From: Thalia democratica
Taxonomy: Eukaryota
Length of the DNA stretch: 64,000 nt
Reading direction: 5' to 3'
NCBI GenBank assembly: GCA_965202585.1
Contig: OZ241827.1
Span: forward strand, 29,264,001-29,328,000
Part shown: in pieces, positions 1 to 15,300 of the stretch
Numbering within the stretch: position 1 is the stretch's first letter
How the letters are laid out: every line of letters begins with the position of its first letter
Program-made: the position numbers and the translations under genes
Notes under the pieces: model-generated
What the model was told of the DNA's origin: nothing
Databases searched by the model: none
The model's input: the letters and a program-made list of their open reading frames with translations, nothing else

Positions 1-271
1 AAAAGACATTGTTTGATTTTATAAGGTACAATAGCAGACTAATGCTTAATACTATTTAAAAAAAATTATTTAAATTCTATCAACCTATTTTTTAGTAAAT
101 GTTTAACTTCTTTAAGTTTTGTTCCTTAAACCAGCGAAAAACTAGTTTATAGAAACCAAGCACTTAAAAAAGCAACTGATTGCTTTAAACTTTTTTTTCA
201 TTTAATGAAAAAAAAAAGCTAAGTATGAAAATTAATCGTTGTACTTGGTATAAAATTATAAATGTGTTTAC

Positions 272-390
272 TTTGTTGAGGGTAACTTTGGGGCGAGGCT
301 CACCCTCGGCTAGACAGCTTATCTCAACCTTCTTTTGAATTTCGTAAACACTTTCATTGTTGTTAATTATAATTTCCACGGTAGGGGCGT
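272..390 (-). CDS. HSPG2: Exon 55: Ig11, first half (gene continues beyond the window)
   Basis: APTVEII...[19 protein letters not shown]|gtaaac. Confidence 0.92.
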
Positions 391-3300
391 CTGTAAATGG
401 TTGGAAAAGTTAAAAAGTTATTAATTTAAAACTAGATTATTAAAGTCAAAAAATTACATGATCTAATATTGAACTTTAATGCAACTAAAATCAAAGTTCA
501 CTATTCGTAAAAGAATGGTAAGCAAAAACTTAAATTAGTTTAAAATTTAAACAAAAGTTTAAAAGTTTGTAGACTTCTAGTAAAGCATACATTGTTCTAT
601 ACCTGAAGCGTTAAGTTTAGAAACACAACTTATATAACTCTGAGATAAAAATACCACTTTATAGCTTTAAATAAATGATATAAGAAACTATGATAAAACT
701 CACATTTAACCGTTAGTTTTGCATACGAAGTAGTAGTACCGTATTTATTTTGCGCAATACACTTGTATCTTCCACTGTCTCCTTTTAATACATTGTTAAT
801 GATGAGTTGATTGCCCTTCACTACCATCTGATAAAAAAACAAATTTTGTAAGGAAGACAATAAAAAAAAACTGTTACGATTTGGGAATACTTAACAGTAG
901 TAACTACTATGTAACATATAAATTTGTGATAAAAACAAACTAAAAAAATGTATAGCTTGTAAAACTATTTTTTTTTTCTAATTACTTAGTGAAGCTAAAA
1001 AATAGTATGTGAAATTATATATCTAAAAAACATAGTATCTTAATAAGAACCCGATAAGTAAACAAACTCTTAAAGTAAACAAGTTTCTACTTATTAGTAA
1101 CAAATTACTTATCAAAACTTGTAATAGTATACAGCCGAAATTGTTTTAAGTGTCACTAACCCTTATATCTTCAAGTGGTGAATATTCACGAGACCAAGTA
1201 GTTGTTACGTCATCATTTTCTTCGTCACCATAGACGGAACAAGTAAAAGTAGCAACATCGCCTTTGTTTACTGTCTCTTTTGATGGCGATACCACTACTA
1301 TTGGTGGTCCTAGAAGTTAATAGTTTTATTATTTATAAAAAAATCAAGTTAGATTTTTAACAAAACAGAAATTAAATGCATTCAATAAAAGTACAGCATA
1401 CAAAGTATAGTTTTACAACTTTTATAAGAAACACACAATTAAATTTTTGTTTTCAAATTGTAAAAAAAGATATTAATAACTATAATTGTTTTGTATACGT
1501 TATCATTGTTTTTTTTCTTATCAACGAAATAAAGTTTTCAGAAAAATAATAATGTTGAACAACTAAAAAACTTAATTTGTTTAAAAGTAAGTACTAAGAA
1601 AAAACTTAGCAATTGTAAACAATATAATGCTTTAAATGTAGTTTAAAAGCTACGTTAAAACAATATGTGATTACTAAGTTCTTTATAAATTATTATAAAG
1701 ACACAACTTAAAAATAGTTCTTAGTATTTTTGAACGAACCTAATAAAAACAAAAAACTGTTTTACTGTGCTTTAAAAGTTATACTATAAAATAAAAAGTT
1801 TTAATGTTTGTCAATTAATCAGAGTTTTGTAATAGTAATCTACATAACTATGTTATAATTTAAATATTTGCACGATTATCAAAGTAAATTTGTGTAGTAT
1901 TGTAATCATACTATTTAAAAAAAAATCTATATGCTAACCACGAAACTATTAGAAAGTATAAATATAAAATTTTAATAAAAGAAAAATATGTTTCAAAAGA
2001 TTTACTTCTTAATTACTGTCACGAACATTTTTTTTTAACTGTTAATTATAATAACGTAAGAAATAATTATGCAAGACAAATTAATTTTCCAAGTAAATGC
2101 CCTATACATAATTTAAAATTACAATTACATAATTAAAATTAAGGCGTAGAACAATTCATATTTATAGCTTTCATGTTTTGTACTTTAATTTAGTATTTAT
2201 ACATTTTTTTTTAAATTTCATTCTAACAGTTTCAGTATAAATAAGTTTATGTAATTATGTATTGGCTAATATTCTTTATTAATCTGTATGCTTTACGTAA
2301 ACATAATACAATAAATAGATATTTTTTTTTATATGTGTATATGTATAATTTTCAAATTTAATTAATTGTATTAAAAATTAGAATTACAAATAATTTTGAT
2401 AGTTTTTTTTGTAATGTACAGTATAAATTAAAAAAAACTCAAGCATCTTAATTTATTTTGATATAAACTTAACTTGTATTTATAAAAGTCAATAAGTATT
2501 TAAAAAATTAATTAAATAAGTTATGATTATTATATTCACTTAAGCAACAAGGAACTAAAAAAAAGCTATAAAATCAGTAACTTAAAATAAAATATTAGCA
2601 GTACTTTTTAAAAAGTAGTATAAATTTAACTTAAACTATGTATATATATTTAGATTCAATAAGAAAAAAAAAGCGAGTATAAGTTGAAAAACATAGTTTT
2701 TTGTTATTCTTAAAACGTACTTCAACAAAATTAGATACTTATTCTATACTTTATACATTTTTATTGAGTACTTCAAATTAGTGGAAGTAAATAAAATAAA
2801 GTCAACTCACTAGACAATGTAACTTGTGTGGTGGCAACGGCTGAGCCAGCGTCATTAGATGCTTGGCAAGTGTACCTTCCGCTATCCGTGGCAGGATTAA
2901 AGTTTTCTATTGTCAGTGAATTGTTATACCAGTTTACATTTGGCGAAGTAAACTTTGATTTATGACTCTGTTTGTATTATCATTTTACTTTTTTATTTTT
3001 TTGTTTTTACTTGTTGTTAGAAATAAATTGTCGCTTTTTAAACAAAAAATAGGTTTGCCTTTATATTGAAAAATTTATAGTTTTAAACTTTATTTTATTA
3101 TGTATTTTTTTTAATATGATAAATTGCAAACAGAAAAATTCAGCCGTTCTAAGATCAGTAATTTATTATTCAATCTTTGTAAATTTAGAAGCTACGTAAA
3201 AACGACTGCATCCTTTGTTCTACTTAATTTTTTATAATTTTCAAGGAGCTGTTTGCTTGCGGTAGTTCAAAAACTTCATAAACGCGCCGCCCTTGTAAAG

Positions 3301-6300
3301 CATCCAACTTGTGTTTGGATTTCTATTAGGAGAGCAAAGTTTTTGTAACAAGTAAATATGTTAATAGGCATAGCACGCTTGTCTACTCGCTAATAATACT
3401 GGCTTAAACATGTGCTTAATTTTCAAACTAAAATGTTGATGTGCATGGGAAAGTGTTGGTAGGGATTATTATCAATGTGGTTCACGTTGGGTGATATAAA
3501 CAGTGTTTTTGTTAGCAAGCTCAGAAAAAAATGTTCTGTAGATTAGCTTCATAATACTATTTGCATCAAGTTTACGATCAAGTTTTTAATATGAAATCAG
3601 CTTTAAAAAAAATCATACTTGTTTTAAAATTGAACATTTTAAGAAAGATTTCGTATATTTAGTGTAAATATTTTAATATGGAGCATACTAGTTTAAACTA
3701 TTTTTAAATTTAACAAAAAAATAAATCTGCTCTGTATGAATGAAAATTAAATTTAAAAAAGTTACTAGCTATATAAGTAGATAAAATTAAAAAAAATATT
3801 AATAGAGTTTTTTAACTTAAATAAAAAGCTAAAATAATACAGTACAGACAAATGCTTCAACAACAACACTCACCCTTGTCCATTCGAAAGCAACAGGCGG
3901 GGTTCCACTTATTAGCTTGCATGTTATAGTTGCGCTGTCTCCTCTATGCAGGCTGACTTCTGAGTCTGGCAGTAGCTGGACTACAGGAGGTTCTAAAAAC
4001 GTATGTGGGTCTGAAGTTTAAACTGTTAATTCATAACTAAACGCATAATATTTCTGAAACTACAACAAGTTGCCTGGTAGCAGTAGAGAGCTGTTGTAAC
4101 GACGATGCGGTGTGGTTTAGAGTTTGTGTAGTTTGAAGCAGTCAATCAAAATTTTATGAACGACGACTTTAAAGTATCTTTCACACGTAAAGTTTCGTAC
4201 TTTAAAAATCATGCTACCTACTGCATCGAGAAGGATTTATCTTACTTTTTAACAAAACTGAAGTATTTCTATTTTTTCTAAACCTAAGTACACTCGATAA
4301 TTTTTTTATGATAAATTATTATTTGACTTGCAAACAAATTTATAAAGTTTACATTAATTTAAGAAAACACTTTACAATAAAAAAAAGTTGTACAAAAAAG
4401 GGATTCTTCGTTTCGAAAAGAATGCTGCTTTTAATTTAAAATTTACTTTTAAAAATGTGAGTATCAAAAAAAAAGTAACCAAATGTTTTAATTTTTGTTA
4501 ATTATCTTCAAACTTATGTGATGTCAAAAATGGTTTACGTAGAGATCATACACTGACTCACCAAGAACTGATACCAGATAAGAAATTTGATCGACGCCAT
4601 GTTTATTTGCAGCTACACAAGTGTAATTTCCTGAGTGACCACTGTTTGCGTGAGATATCTTCAAATTGTTTCCAGTTTTACGAGCTAAAAGAAGTAATAA
4701 TTAGTATTTTAAACTTTAAAGCTTGAAAAAAAATTAAAAGAAAAAGTTTAGATAAACTTCTTATACTAGAGTAAGAATCATTACAGGACTTCTAAGTGTT
4801 TAAAAAAGAACTTGGTTGCAGTTTAAGTACAAAGCGAATGTTGTTTAATAAAAAAACAATTACTTTACAAAAAACTAACGCGACAAATGGTTTTCATTGT
4901 TTTTCAGCCACCTTACCACAGGTTCAGGCTTACCTCCCTGCACGTTACAAGCTAATCTCAAATCCTCCCCTGATATCACTCTCAATTTCATTACTTTAGA
5001 AGGCGACAACACGGTAGGTGGGACGCCACGCACAGGACTCACGACTGCAATTTGAAAAGATAAAAAAAATTAAAAGTTCAGACACTTCTCTGGTTATGGT
5101 AAAACAGCCAAAGTCGGCTAACTAATGATTAATGATTACTGTAAAAGTTTTCTTTTTAATTTTTAACCAATAAAACAGCCGTCATGTGTAAGTATTTTAA
5201 AATTCAGTTTGCAATGTAGATAACTTATTTTATGAAATTGTAAAAGTTTAAGAGTAGTATTAACACACATGTATTATATTTTATTTATAATATGATATCA
5301 CTTTGTCAAATTTTAAAAACTGAAAAGCAAAATTTAATCAAGACTTTAAAGGTTCTTAATCACGGGTTTAGCCATCGAAATCAGACTACAATCAAAGTTT
5401 GTTTCAGACAAAAATTCCGCAAAAAACGCACGGGAATGCTAAACCGCAACAAAGTCACTCGGAAAACATTGATGGTCTCGCCAGAAATATTCTAGGTTTC
5501 CTAATCAAGGATAAAAAATCTCATCAGTAATCAAAAAAGTTTTTCTCTAAGTATGTGTTTTTGTGCTATCGCGGTTTTAAAACCGCAACCGTTACTTTTT
5601 TGTTATTTTGGTTCTTAAAGGCATAAATAACAACCGAATTTCCCTGCGGTTTTTAGTTGATAGTGAGAAATAAAATGAGTGAACTTTTGTTTTGCATTTT
5701 GCCGGCTCGCAGGCGTCAAATACTATTTGCTAATGAGCAGTTACATGCAAGAGTGGCATTCTTGTAAGTTTAAATATCTGGTACCAAAGAAGTTGTCTCG
5801 TTTTTTTATTATCTAATATCGAATTTTTAATAACTTTTGAAAAAGTCTACGTTTTATTTTTGATTTTAAAGTTTCTTTTTTAATAAATAAGTAGGACTAG
5901 AGAATGCTTTGGATACAGTTTGTATAGAAATTTAGTTTAGTAGCAAAAATAAAAAGAAATATTTCAAACTGTTTAAACTGTAAAAAAATATTTGTTATAA
6001 GTACTTTTTTAAAAGATCTAACAAACATGTTATTTTATTTACAAATTTTTTGACAGAGTTTAGTTTTCATAGATAAAAAAGGTGTTAAAAACTTTAAAAA
6101 TAAATAACTAAAAAAAGTATGTAACAACTTTGAGTATTCTAAAGAACTGAAAGTATTCTTAATTAATTGATATACATTTTTATTGTTTTTTTTATTTTTA
6201 TATTTTTGTAAGTTTTATGATAAGCGTTCATAGTTCTGATCTTTTTAATTGTAATCATTATAAGCTTAAACAAACGTTTTATATTTACAAAATGAAATTT

Positions 6301-9300
6301 AAAAACTAGAAGTATTTAAGACTTAAGATATTAAAATAAGTATAAAATATCACCACTGGAATAACTAATAAAAAACAAACCTTTTACATTGACACTTTTA
6401 GTAGAAGTACCGACAGAGTTAGTAGCACTACAAATGTATGTTCCAGAATCTTGTTCCTTGAATTCATCTACTCTGTAAGTTACCTTTGATCTATGGTACT
6501 TTGTTAGTCTGACATCCTTTCGTTCTAATTAATTTTTAAAATATACTTAGTCTAAAAATACATCTTAATATAATTAGATAAACATACAGGTCAAAGTTTT
6601 AAACGCATCTAAACGTTCATCTATTGCAGAACATTTAGTTAATAATCCAACTTGTGCAAACAGTTATAATTTAAATAGATTTAAAATTATCAAAACTTGC
6701 AGTAACGTTTTCGATTGTAATTAAATTAGAGGCCATTTGTATTTTGTTAAGAAAACCTGTTTTCTGTAACCAAAAAGATTTTGACTATACTGTTTCTTTA
6801 TTTTCGTAATATTTTATAAGGATTGTCTTCATTTTATTTATGTTTAATTTTACTGTAGATCAATTATAACGTAAATAGAATTATTTGAATTTATCTGTTA
6901 CTAATTGCTTTTGTCTTTTATTAGTCTCTTGATTACTTTATGATTACTTGATTACTTTATGATTACTTGATTACTTGGTTACTATATAAGTTTGTAAAAT
7001 ATTATTACTTGTTAGCTTTGTACTCTATTAAAGGGAATTGCTAGAAATATATTTATTGTTTTTGAAATTGTGTGTCTTGTGTAACTTATTGTATAAATAA
7101 ATAGAGTTTAAATGTTTTAACAAATAACCAATGCATTTAAACTTCAGTTAAAAAAACAACTTTATTTGACTAAGTTTTTGTTTCACTAAATTCATTTATC
7201 AACATAAAAAAAAGTGTTTTAGTAATTATTTGGCGTAGCACAACTTTAGCCTAACCATTTAATGTGTAAGAACTTGGAATCATTTTCCACATTAAAGAGG
7301 GAGAGGGTGTACCAGAAGCGTGGCAACGGAGTTCTAAAGGTGCACCTAACAATACTTCAAGATCATCGCCAACATCTTCTACGAAAACTTTTGGACGTGC
7401 TACAAGATTTTTACAAAATATTTGTTTTTTTTCTTCTATTAATTAATAAATAGTAAAGCTATACAGCTAAATAATTTTATTTCTAATAAATATTACATAC
7501 TTGTTTTGTTGTTATACAGTTTGTATACGTTATCATTCGTATTATAAAAACAACATCTTTTCTCATACTAATTATGTAAAGTACTACTATAAAGTTGTTC
7601 TTACACTAGGAATGCATACTTTCTTTCTTTTAGAAATTAAAACTTAAGCGAAAAAAAGATAAGTCTAAGCTAAAGGCTAATGGAATGCTTGTTTGTCTGA
7701 CAATGAAGCGTATGGAAGTTTAAAGTTTTTTGATGATATGTAAATGAATACCAAAATTTATTAGCAATGTGGGTGCATTTGGTTTCCGGAGTGCTATTGT
7801 TTATGAGAATAACTGAGAATTAATCTCGCCAATAGTATATAAGTAAATTATCTTTAATTTTTATCATAAACAATTCAAAAGTATTACTTTTGAATGCGAA
7901 CTTAAACTAAATGAAAAAAAAAAGTTTCTTTTTTAATAAAACGCTAACCTTTAATATTTATAAATAATTCACATCTAAAACATTATTATGTTCTAACTTT
8001 ATACTATCAATTCGATAAACAAACTTTATACTTGTTAACGAATTAAGATAGAAACGTTACAAGCAGTTAAATAACTTACCCATAACTCTAACCATTGTGG
8101 TAATATAGCGATGACCGACTTTATTGCTGGCATAACATCTGTACTTTCCATTGTGGTTAAAGCTTGCATTTTCAATTTTTAAAGTTTTTCCATCTTTGCT
8201 AAAGCTCACGCCCTCTAAATTTTTGGAAACATTCGCATTGATAGTTAAGTTTACGTAAAGCAAAAAGAAAAAACATCGACAGTATTTCGTATTTAGGGTA
8301 AAGATTTAGCTAAAATTTTCAGACCTATTTTAGGTGTTTGCTTAATTTATAAACTTAATTAAAAGTATAAAAAAAGTTTGAAACCATTCTTTTAGTTTTT
8401 CTTCTTTTAATAATATTAAGTAGTATCCAGCACACTATTACATTTAAACTTAATCAATTCAAATCGTAATCAAATGCACTGAGAATGTTTACAAATTATC
8501 GGATTAAGTAGAAATGAAAAGTTTTAAACTGCCAAGCTTAACTTACGAATAGAAAATCTCTTTAAGTTTTCAAATGATCAGATTTTAATTTTAAACATCT
8601 TTTATTTTCCCACGAAAAGCACAAAAAGTGCATTTTTGATCTTATTTTCATAAAACTAAATGTTTTGCGGTTTAATAACGAAATCTTAATATAATAAAAT
8701 TTATCGAAATCTGAGATAAAACTGACGAACACTTAATACATGCAATTCAATATTTTTGTGCTCATACAGCTTTATAATTATTTTATTAAACATATTTCAG
8801 AGTTATTACTGGTTTTATTGTACAAAGTTAACTTTCTTACTACAAGAAAGAAAGTTTTAAAGTATAAATACAGACTTCTTAATAAAAAAAAATCTCTAAA
8901 AAATGAAAACTTTATTGGTCATTCTATACTTTTATCTTTACAGAAAAGTGGCGATAATAGTTTGCCATCTTGAAATTTGAGTATTAAAAACTGTTAACTT
9001 TTGAGTTTCTTTCTCTTTCTTATAAAGATTAAAGTAATTTTGAATCTAATTGTTTCTAATTTGATCACTAGTTATAAAACATTATTGAAATACTGCAACA
9101 ATTTTTAAACTTAATAAATGTCCTGTTACAGAATTAATAACATATAAAGTAATTATTTTTTTACATTTACTACCTTTAATTTGCTATAAAAAAATGCACT
9201 ACAAAACTTTACAGTCTAGTTTAAAATTTCTTTTTTTTAAAGTCAATATGATAAAAGATCCTAATAAAAGGACTTTAATATACACTCTTAAATATTTAAA

Positions 9301-12300
9301 CTCACACTTACTGTTTAAATTATTCTTTTTTTTTAGTTTTTATTACTCAGACCCAATTAGCATTGTACCAGTTTTTATCTGATGAACTTACCAGGCATGT
9401 CTTCACCTTCTGGTTTTTTCCACTCAATAGTTGCATTCTCCTGATCTGTTGAACAAGCCATTTCAACTGCGCCTCCTTCTTCTACTTTCATTGAAGTTCG
9501 AGGCCTCACAAGCACCTTAAAGCACTCAAATAAGTAAATTATTGCATCAATTATTTTCTATACTTAACAAAAAACTAAAAAATATGCTATAAAATTATTT
9601 GAATAATTAAAAAAATAAAAATAAGTTTTGTTTCATTTCTAATGAAAAATATACAAATATTCTTTTTTAAATTAGTAATTATTAAATATTAGGAAAAATC
9701 ACAAATAATGAATTTTTTATTATGTAAAATTTGAAACTAAAAAAGAATTAGGCCTTTCCTTATATTATTTTTTAAATCTTAGGAAGTACTCTTTTAAAGC
9801 TTAAAAAGCTTTAATCCTAAGTTTTAAATAAGAAAAATTAATATTTTTTTATTGTAGAGTACTAAGACAGATTAGTTTTAAAGACCTAATATTTGACTGA
9901 TAAAATTTAGTCTGGGATATTCTATTAATGGTAGTAACTTCCCACATTTTAAACTTATCACTTACAAAACGTACCTATTAAAATTTTAACATATTAGTTC
10001 GTATAACGTATCTAAAATATTTAAACCTTTTTTAAGCCATTAGTTTTGTAAAAATAAAATAAAATAATTAAATTGTAAAAAAACGTGGTGCATCTACCCC
10101 TATTAGAATTTAGCAAAAACATAAATTAATTGAAATATCTTAACAGTTTTTTGCAATATAATGCTTTTTAATAAAGTTTTTAGCAACATATTTAAATAAA
10201 ATATCGATTATTTGGGTTTTGCTATTGTATTTACACAATGTTAAGTTTTAAAAGTCTTTTTTTGACAATTATTTTTTGATATATGTCGATGCCATATAAG
10301 TAAAATATATACATAACCTTTTTTACTGTCACCAAAAATTAAATTACCGCTTTCAAAGAGGCTTGTTTATTTTTACTTCGATTAATTTTGAAACTAGTAA
10401 ACAAACATTGAATAAGAACAAAACTAGTTTTAATTTTTATAATAGATGAGTTAACATAACAAAGCAAGCATTTCTTACATACTTTTTTTCATATTCTTGT
10501 TTTGTATGAATTTACAAAATATAGTTTTAAGTTAAAATTAAAAAAAGGTTAAGTTTATATTTTTTGTTTATAGGTAAATGAAACATTTAACGTCTTTTTT
10601 TACTTGACTTATTTAGTAGTTGAAAACATAAAACTTAAAAAAGTATTTTTTCTTAAGTTTTTAATATCTACTTTTAGTGGTCATACAGTTTAGTTTAAAC
10701 ATAAACGAACAAACTTGTAAAACCAACTAATATAAAGAAAATGTTTAATTTTTACTTATTTGTGTTTTTAATCATTAATTAAGCTTAAATAATGTATCAA
10801 ATCAAGTAGAGCTCTAAAAATTATTTTGAATTAAATAATAAAAATGCATCTAACTAATGGTAGTTCGACTTTCTTAACGGTGATTCTGGCTGGACTTCGA
10901 GACTCCCCGTCGTTATTTGTTGCTACGCATTCGTAACTACCTGCATTTTCCAGCATAACCCCGTATATTTTCAAGTTTGTACCTTCAACCTTAAGTTTTA
11001 TAAATAGTTTTAAAGAAAACTAAGTTTTGTCCGTTTTATGGTAATAAAACTTATTTATGGTTTATGGTATAAACTGTACAAAATTCAAAAATAAAAATAA
11101 AACTTGTACAACTTTATACATTTGGTTTATGAAGGATTAGTTGCATGAATTGTTATTGATTGTATCACGTTCAACGCCCTCTATTTTTTTCTGAAAAACA
11201 AAGTAAAAAAAAAAAAACCTTCATATTGCTTCTAATGGTAGACCCATTTACGCCCTCCCAAGTAACTTTCGGAGGAGGGTTTCCTCCTACGTCGCAACGA
11301 ATTGTGCTGTTTGTTCCAACGTAAATCTCTATTTCCTTGAGAACAGTCTTGCACAATGGTTTTCGAACTGTTATTCATATAGTCGATTATTAACGACAGT
11401 TTTATTTTAAAATATTTTTACTTCAAATTCTTATTATTTGAAAATTAAATAAAAAATATAAAATATTTCAGTTAAACTAGTAGGATCGTGCACAAAATAT
11501 TAGTTTTGACAAATTCTATGAAACTGTTTTTATAAGAATAATGTAAAGTTGAAAAAACTTTTATTCAACCTTCATATTAAAAGTAAAGACACACAAATTT
11601 CAAAAAGCATTATTTTTGAAAAGTTTCTGTTAACTCTATAAATGACATATAATTATATTTTTACTTTAACATGTAAAGCAATTCTGCAATATACAAGCGA
11701 AAAACACGTAAAATTAAGCATGTTATTACAAAACAAATATTATTGCAAACTTCAAATTCTTTTTTTTTTCAAAACTCTTACCTTCAGCTTTTTCTGCTAT
11801 CATACCGTACACTAAAAAAAGCCGATAGTATAAATATGTGACCTTTTTTTAGATTAAATTAAGTTAAACTGTAAAGCAAAAATTAGCTTAAAAATAAAAT
11901 ATAGTTTTAAGTTAATAAAGTAGACTTTTTATCTGTTTAGTATAACTTAAAATGCTTTAGAGATATATACTTATACAATTTTATTAAAATACTTTAATAA
12001 TGTACTTTAATATACTTTTGATCTGTGTATTATGATTTTAAATTATTTATGAAAAGAAAATCTACCAACTAAATTTAAAAAATATGAATCTTTTTTATTT
12101 TGTTAGTACAAATATTATTGTTTTAACATAAATTTATTTCAAAAACTACGCAAACAACATTACTTGCATTTCGCTTGAGGGTAATTATTTTTTGTGTTTT
12201 TTATTGAACTTTTTGATAGTTAAATTAACGCTAGTAATTACTTTTGTTTAGTTTATTAAATTAAACTGTTTTTCAACCTTTTGAGTTATAACGTTTATTT

Positions 12301-15300
12301 GATACATGATTGTTACTTTTCGTTTGTAACGTTATACGTAAAGTTCTTGACTGCAGTTGTTAACTAACCCGGTAAGAAAAAATCAACTAATTTTTTTAAT
12401 GGTTTTGCGATAAGTAAATAAACCGAAGGCGTAAGGTTAGCTTTAAAAAGTTTTTAACTTTAAATCAATAAAAAGGTTTAATGCGTAAATTCCAAACCAA
12501 TGTTTTATAAATTGCTTTGATAAATTAAATCTTTAACAACTAAAACAATAAAGGTTCAAAAAAAATATGTATATATAAAATAAACAAATTAAAAAAAAAT
12601 ATTTCAGTTGCTTTTTCACGCTTCATAAAGGCTTGTAAGTTCCCATAACGAACAAAAACGCTTCAGTTTGCTTATGTAAAAAAAAATATTTATTATTGTA
12701 TGATGCTTGTTTCTCAAGCATCATTTCAAAAAGATGTATTAATTTGGTTTAATTGTAAAATAAACAACTTTTTGGTTTAAAGAAAAATATTAAAAACTGG
12801 TTCATACATATCCACTTAATTACTTTTGTACTTTAATGATCAATCAAAAAACTGTTCGACGTTTGTTGGTAACAAAAAGTCATTCTATACATGTATGATA
12901 TGTTCAAAAATTCTGTTTCGGTTCTTTATTTTTAGTTATAGGGTTGTCGTATTTATTTATATTCATATTTAAGTAAAGGGTATTTAAAAGTAGGGTAGTC
13001 GTGAACAACTGTTTTGAAAAAGAATTTAACCTCTTTTCTTCACAATTAGTTGATACTGAGATTCCACGACACTGTGCTTGTTTCTCGCAGAGCAAGTATA
13101 CAAACCTTCGTTTTCTTTTGTCACGTGAGTGAACCTTAGGTAACCTCCTCCTTGTTGTACCTTAAAAAATATTCAAGCTTAATATTTTTTAGTTTGGTAC
13201 AAACGAGTAAATGTGGTTTGCGAATATCGAAATTATGAAACACAGTAACTCATACGGTTTTGTATTGGACCTTGCTAAGCTCTGACTTTAAACATACGCC
13301 AAGTTAAACTTTTAAACATTCTTTGATCTGGATTTACTTTTCTTTCATACAGAAAGTTTAAAATGTTTCCTGTAGGATAACCGCAAAATTCTTAACACCG
13401 TTATCAAACTTAACTTTGCGAATTTACACTATAACACAGACAATAGTAAAAATATATTTTATAGATCAAACGTTTTCTCCTAGATCTTGTTTTTGATCAG
13501 TTCTAGTCCACGTAAATTTTGGAGGGAGTAGGCTTGGTGAGACACATTTGACTACTCTACTGTCGCCGACAAACAATTCAAGTGGAGACGACGGCTCTAC
13601 GCTGATAATTAGCGGTTCAAGTTTCTCTGTTGAAATAATTTGAAACATTTTATACATAGCAAAAAATATTTTGTAATAAAACATTTATCATTTGCAAAAT
13701 AATAATAAATTAAGTTATATTTTAAAAATCAACTGTTTTATCGAAACATTGTTTATACTTCTAACATGTAAACACACTAGAAATTAAAGTATTGAAACTT
13801 TTTTTTATGATTTATTTAGTTCACTATTTACAATCTTTGATTTTAAAATTTGTGTACATTTTTGATACAATTATATATGTATATACTTTTTAATAAACTT
13901 TGCGGTAGCTGTATTTTAGAACTTATTTTTAGTTTTTTCTTTGTATACCAAAAAAAATTGACGATCCGCATATAAACAGATATAAACTAATATTTTTTGG
14001 GTAAAGAAAATTGTGCATTTTTTATAAATATTTTTATATTTATAGATTGTAATAACACACCTCTGACTTGCAGTTGAGCGCCACCCTCTGCACTGCCGTA
14101 TGGATTGGTTGCCCTGCACATGTACATGCTGTCATCCTCAACACTTGCTTCCGGTATCACCAGATAATTTCCCTCTATACGTGCGTTGCTCGGTAATGGC
14201 TTTCCATCGGCTGTGTTTTTTTGTTGTTGTAATTTCCAAAGTTTCCAAAAGAACAAAGATGCTTATATTGTAATTTAACAACTATTGAATAACTCCATTA
14301 AATTTTTATTATATAGCTCAAATCGCATTTAGTGTGCAAGACCATTGAAATATTATTACAGGAATTTTTTAAAACAAAACTCTTTTGTATTATTTACCAC
14401 ATCTGGTGACGTAACGGTATTTTACCTTCAAAAAAAAGAACTTTCACTTTAGAGCTATGCGCTTTAAACAAAGAGCACGGAGCCGAAAATAATGAAAATT
14501 ACACGTTAAATTGCATGTCCCGTGAATAATTACTAATCATGACACTATAATTTTCTTTGAGTTTGTTTACCTCTTCTCCATTGAAGCTCCGCATCGGGAC
14601 TTCCCAAAGTTATTTTGCAGCGAAACCTGGCGAGTTTTCCTGCTGAAACTTTCACTTTTATCGGCAGCACCTCAACTTTGGACGGCATTCTTTTGTCTAC
14701 GCATAATAAATTTGGTTAAAATAACAAAATACGTTGTTCATTTATGTTGGAGCGACTAAGGCGATTAAAAGATAAACGACGAAGCTATATGAAAACTTTT
14801 AATTGTGCGGAATTTATTAAAAATATTTTAACGTAAAGTTTTAAGTTTACACTAAATTATATTTAAGTATATATTTTTGTTTAAAGCGTGTGTGGTAAAG
14901 TTTTTCCCACGCCATCAATAGCAAATGACTAATAAAAGAGTTTTCTAAGTTATGTAAGAAACCGCATTTTTATTATTTAGTGTATGATTTATGCCTTTAG
15001 TCCTATATTTTTTTACCATCGTGACCAAAATATATCACATACGCGTTCTTTAAAGCATGTCTTTGGCTTGTTTTGACTATGACGATTTTTTTAAGCCGTA
15101 TAAAACTAATAAAGTAAGTAAATATTTAGAGGAAAACTGAATAATTTATAATAAAGCTTGTTGGTAATTTTATAAACATGCAGTAACTGTTATAATAAAC
15201 ACTTTAACAAGCGTATGTGTACAGTAAGTATAAATTATTTGAAAAAACAATTTTTTACAATGTACCAAAATAAGAAAATGTGTTAAATTTTGATGAAAAC

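Noticed and set aside
1490-7540. 17-bp direct repeat TTGTATACGTTATCATT at ~1491 and ~7521
   Set aside because: Probably a fragment of a small dispersed repeat; no boundaries or function definable
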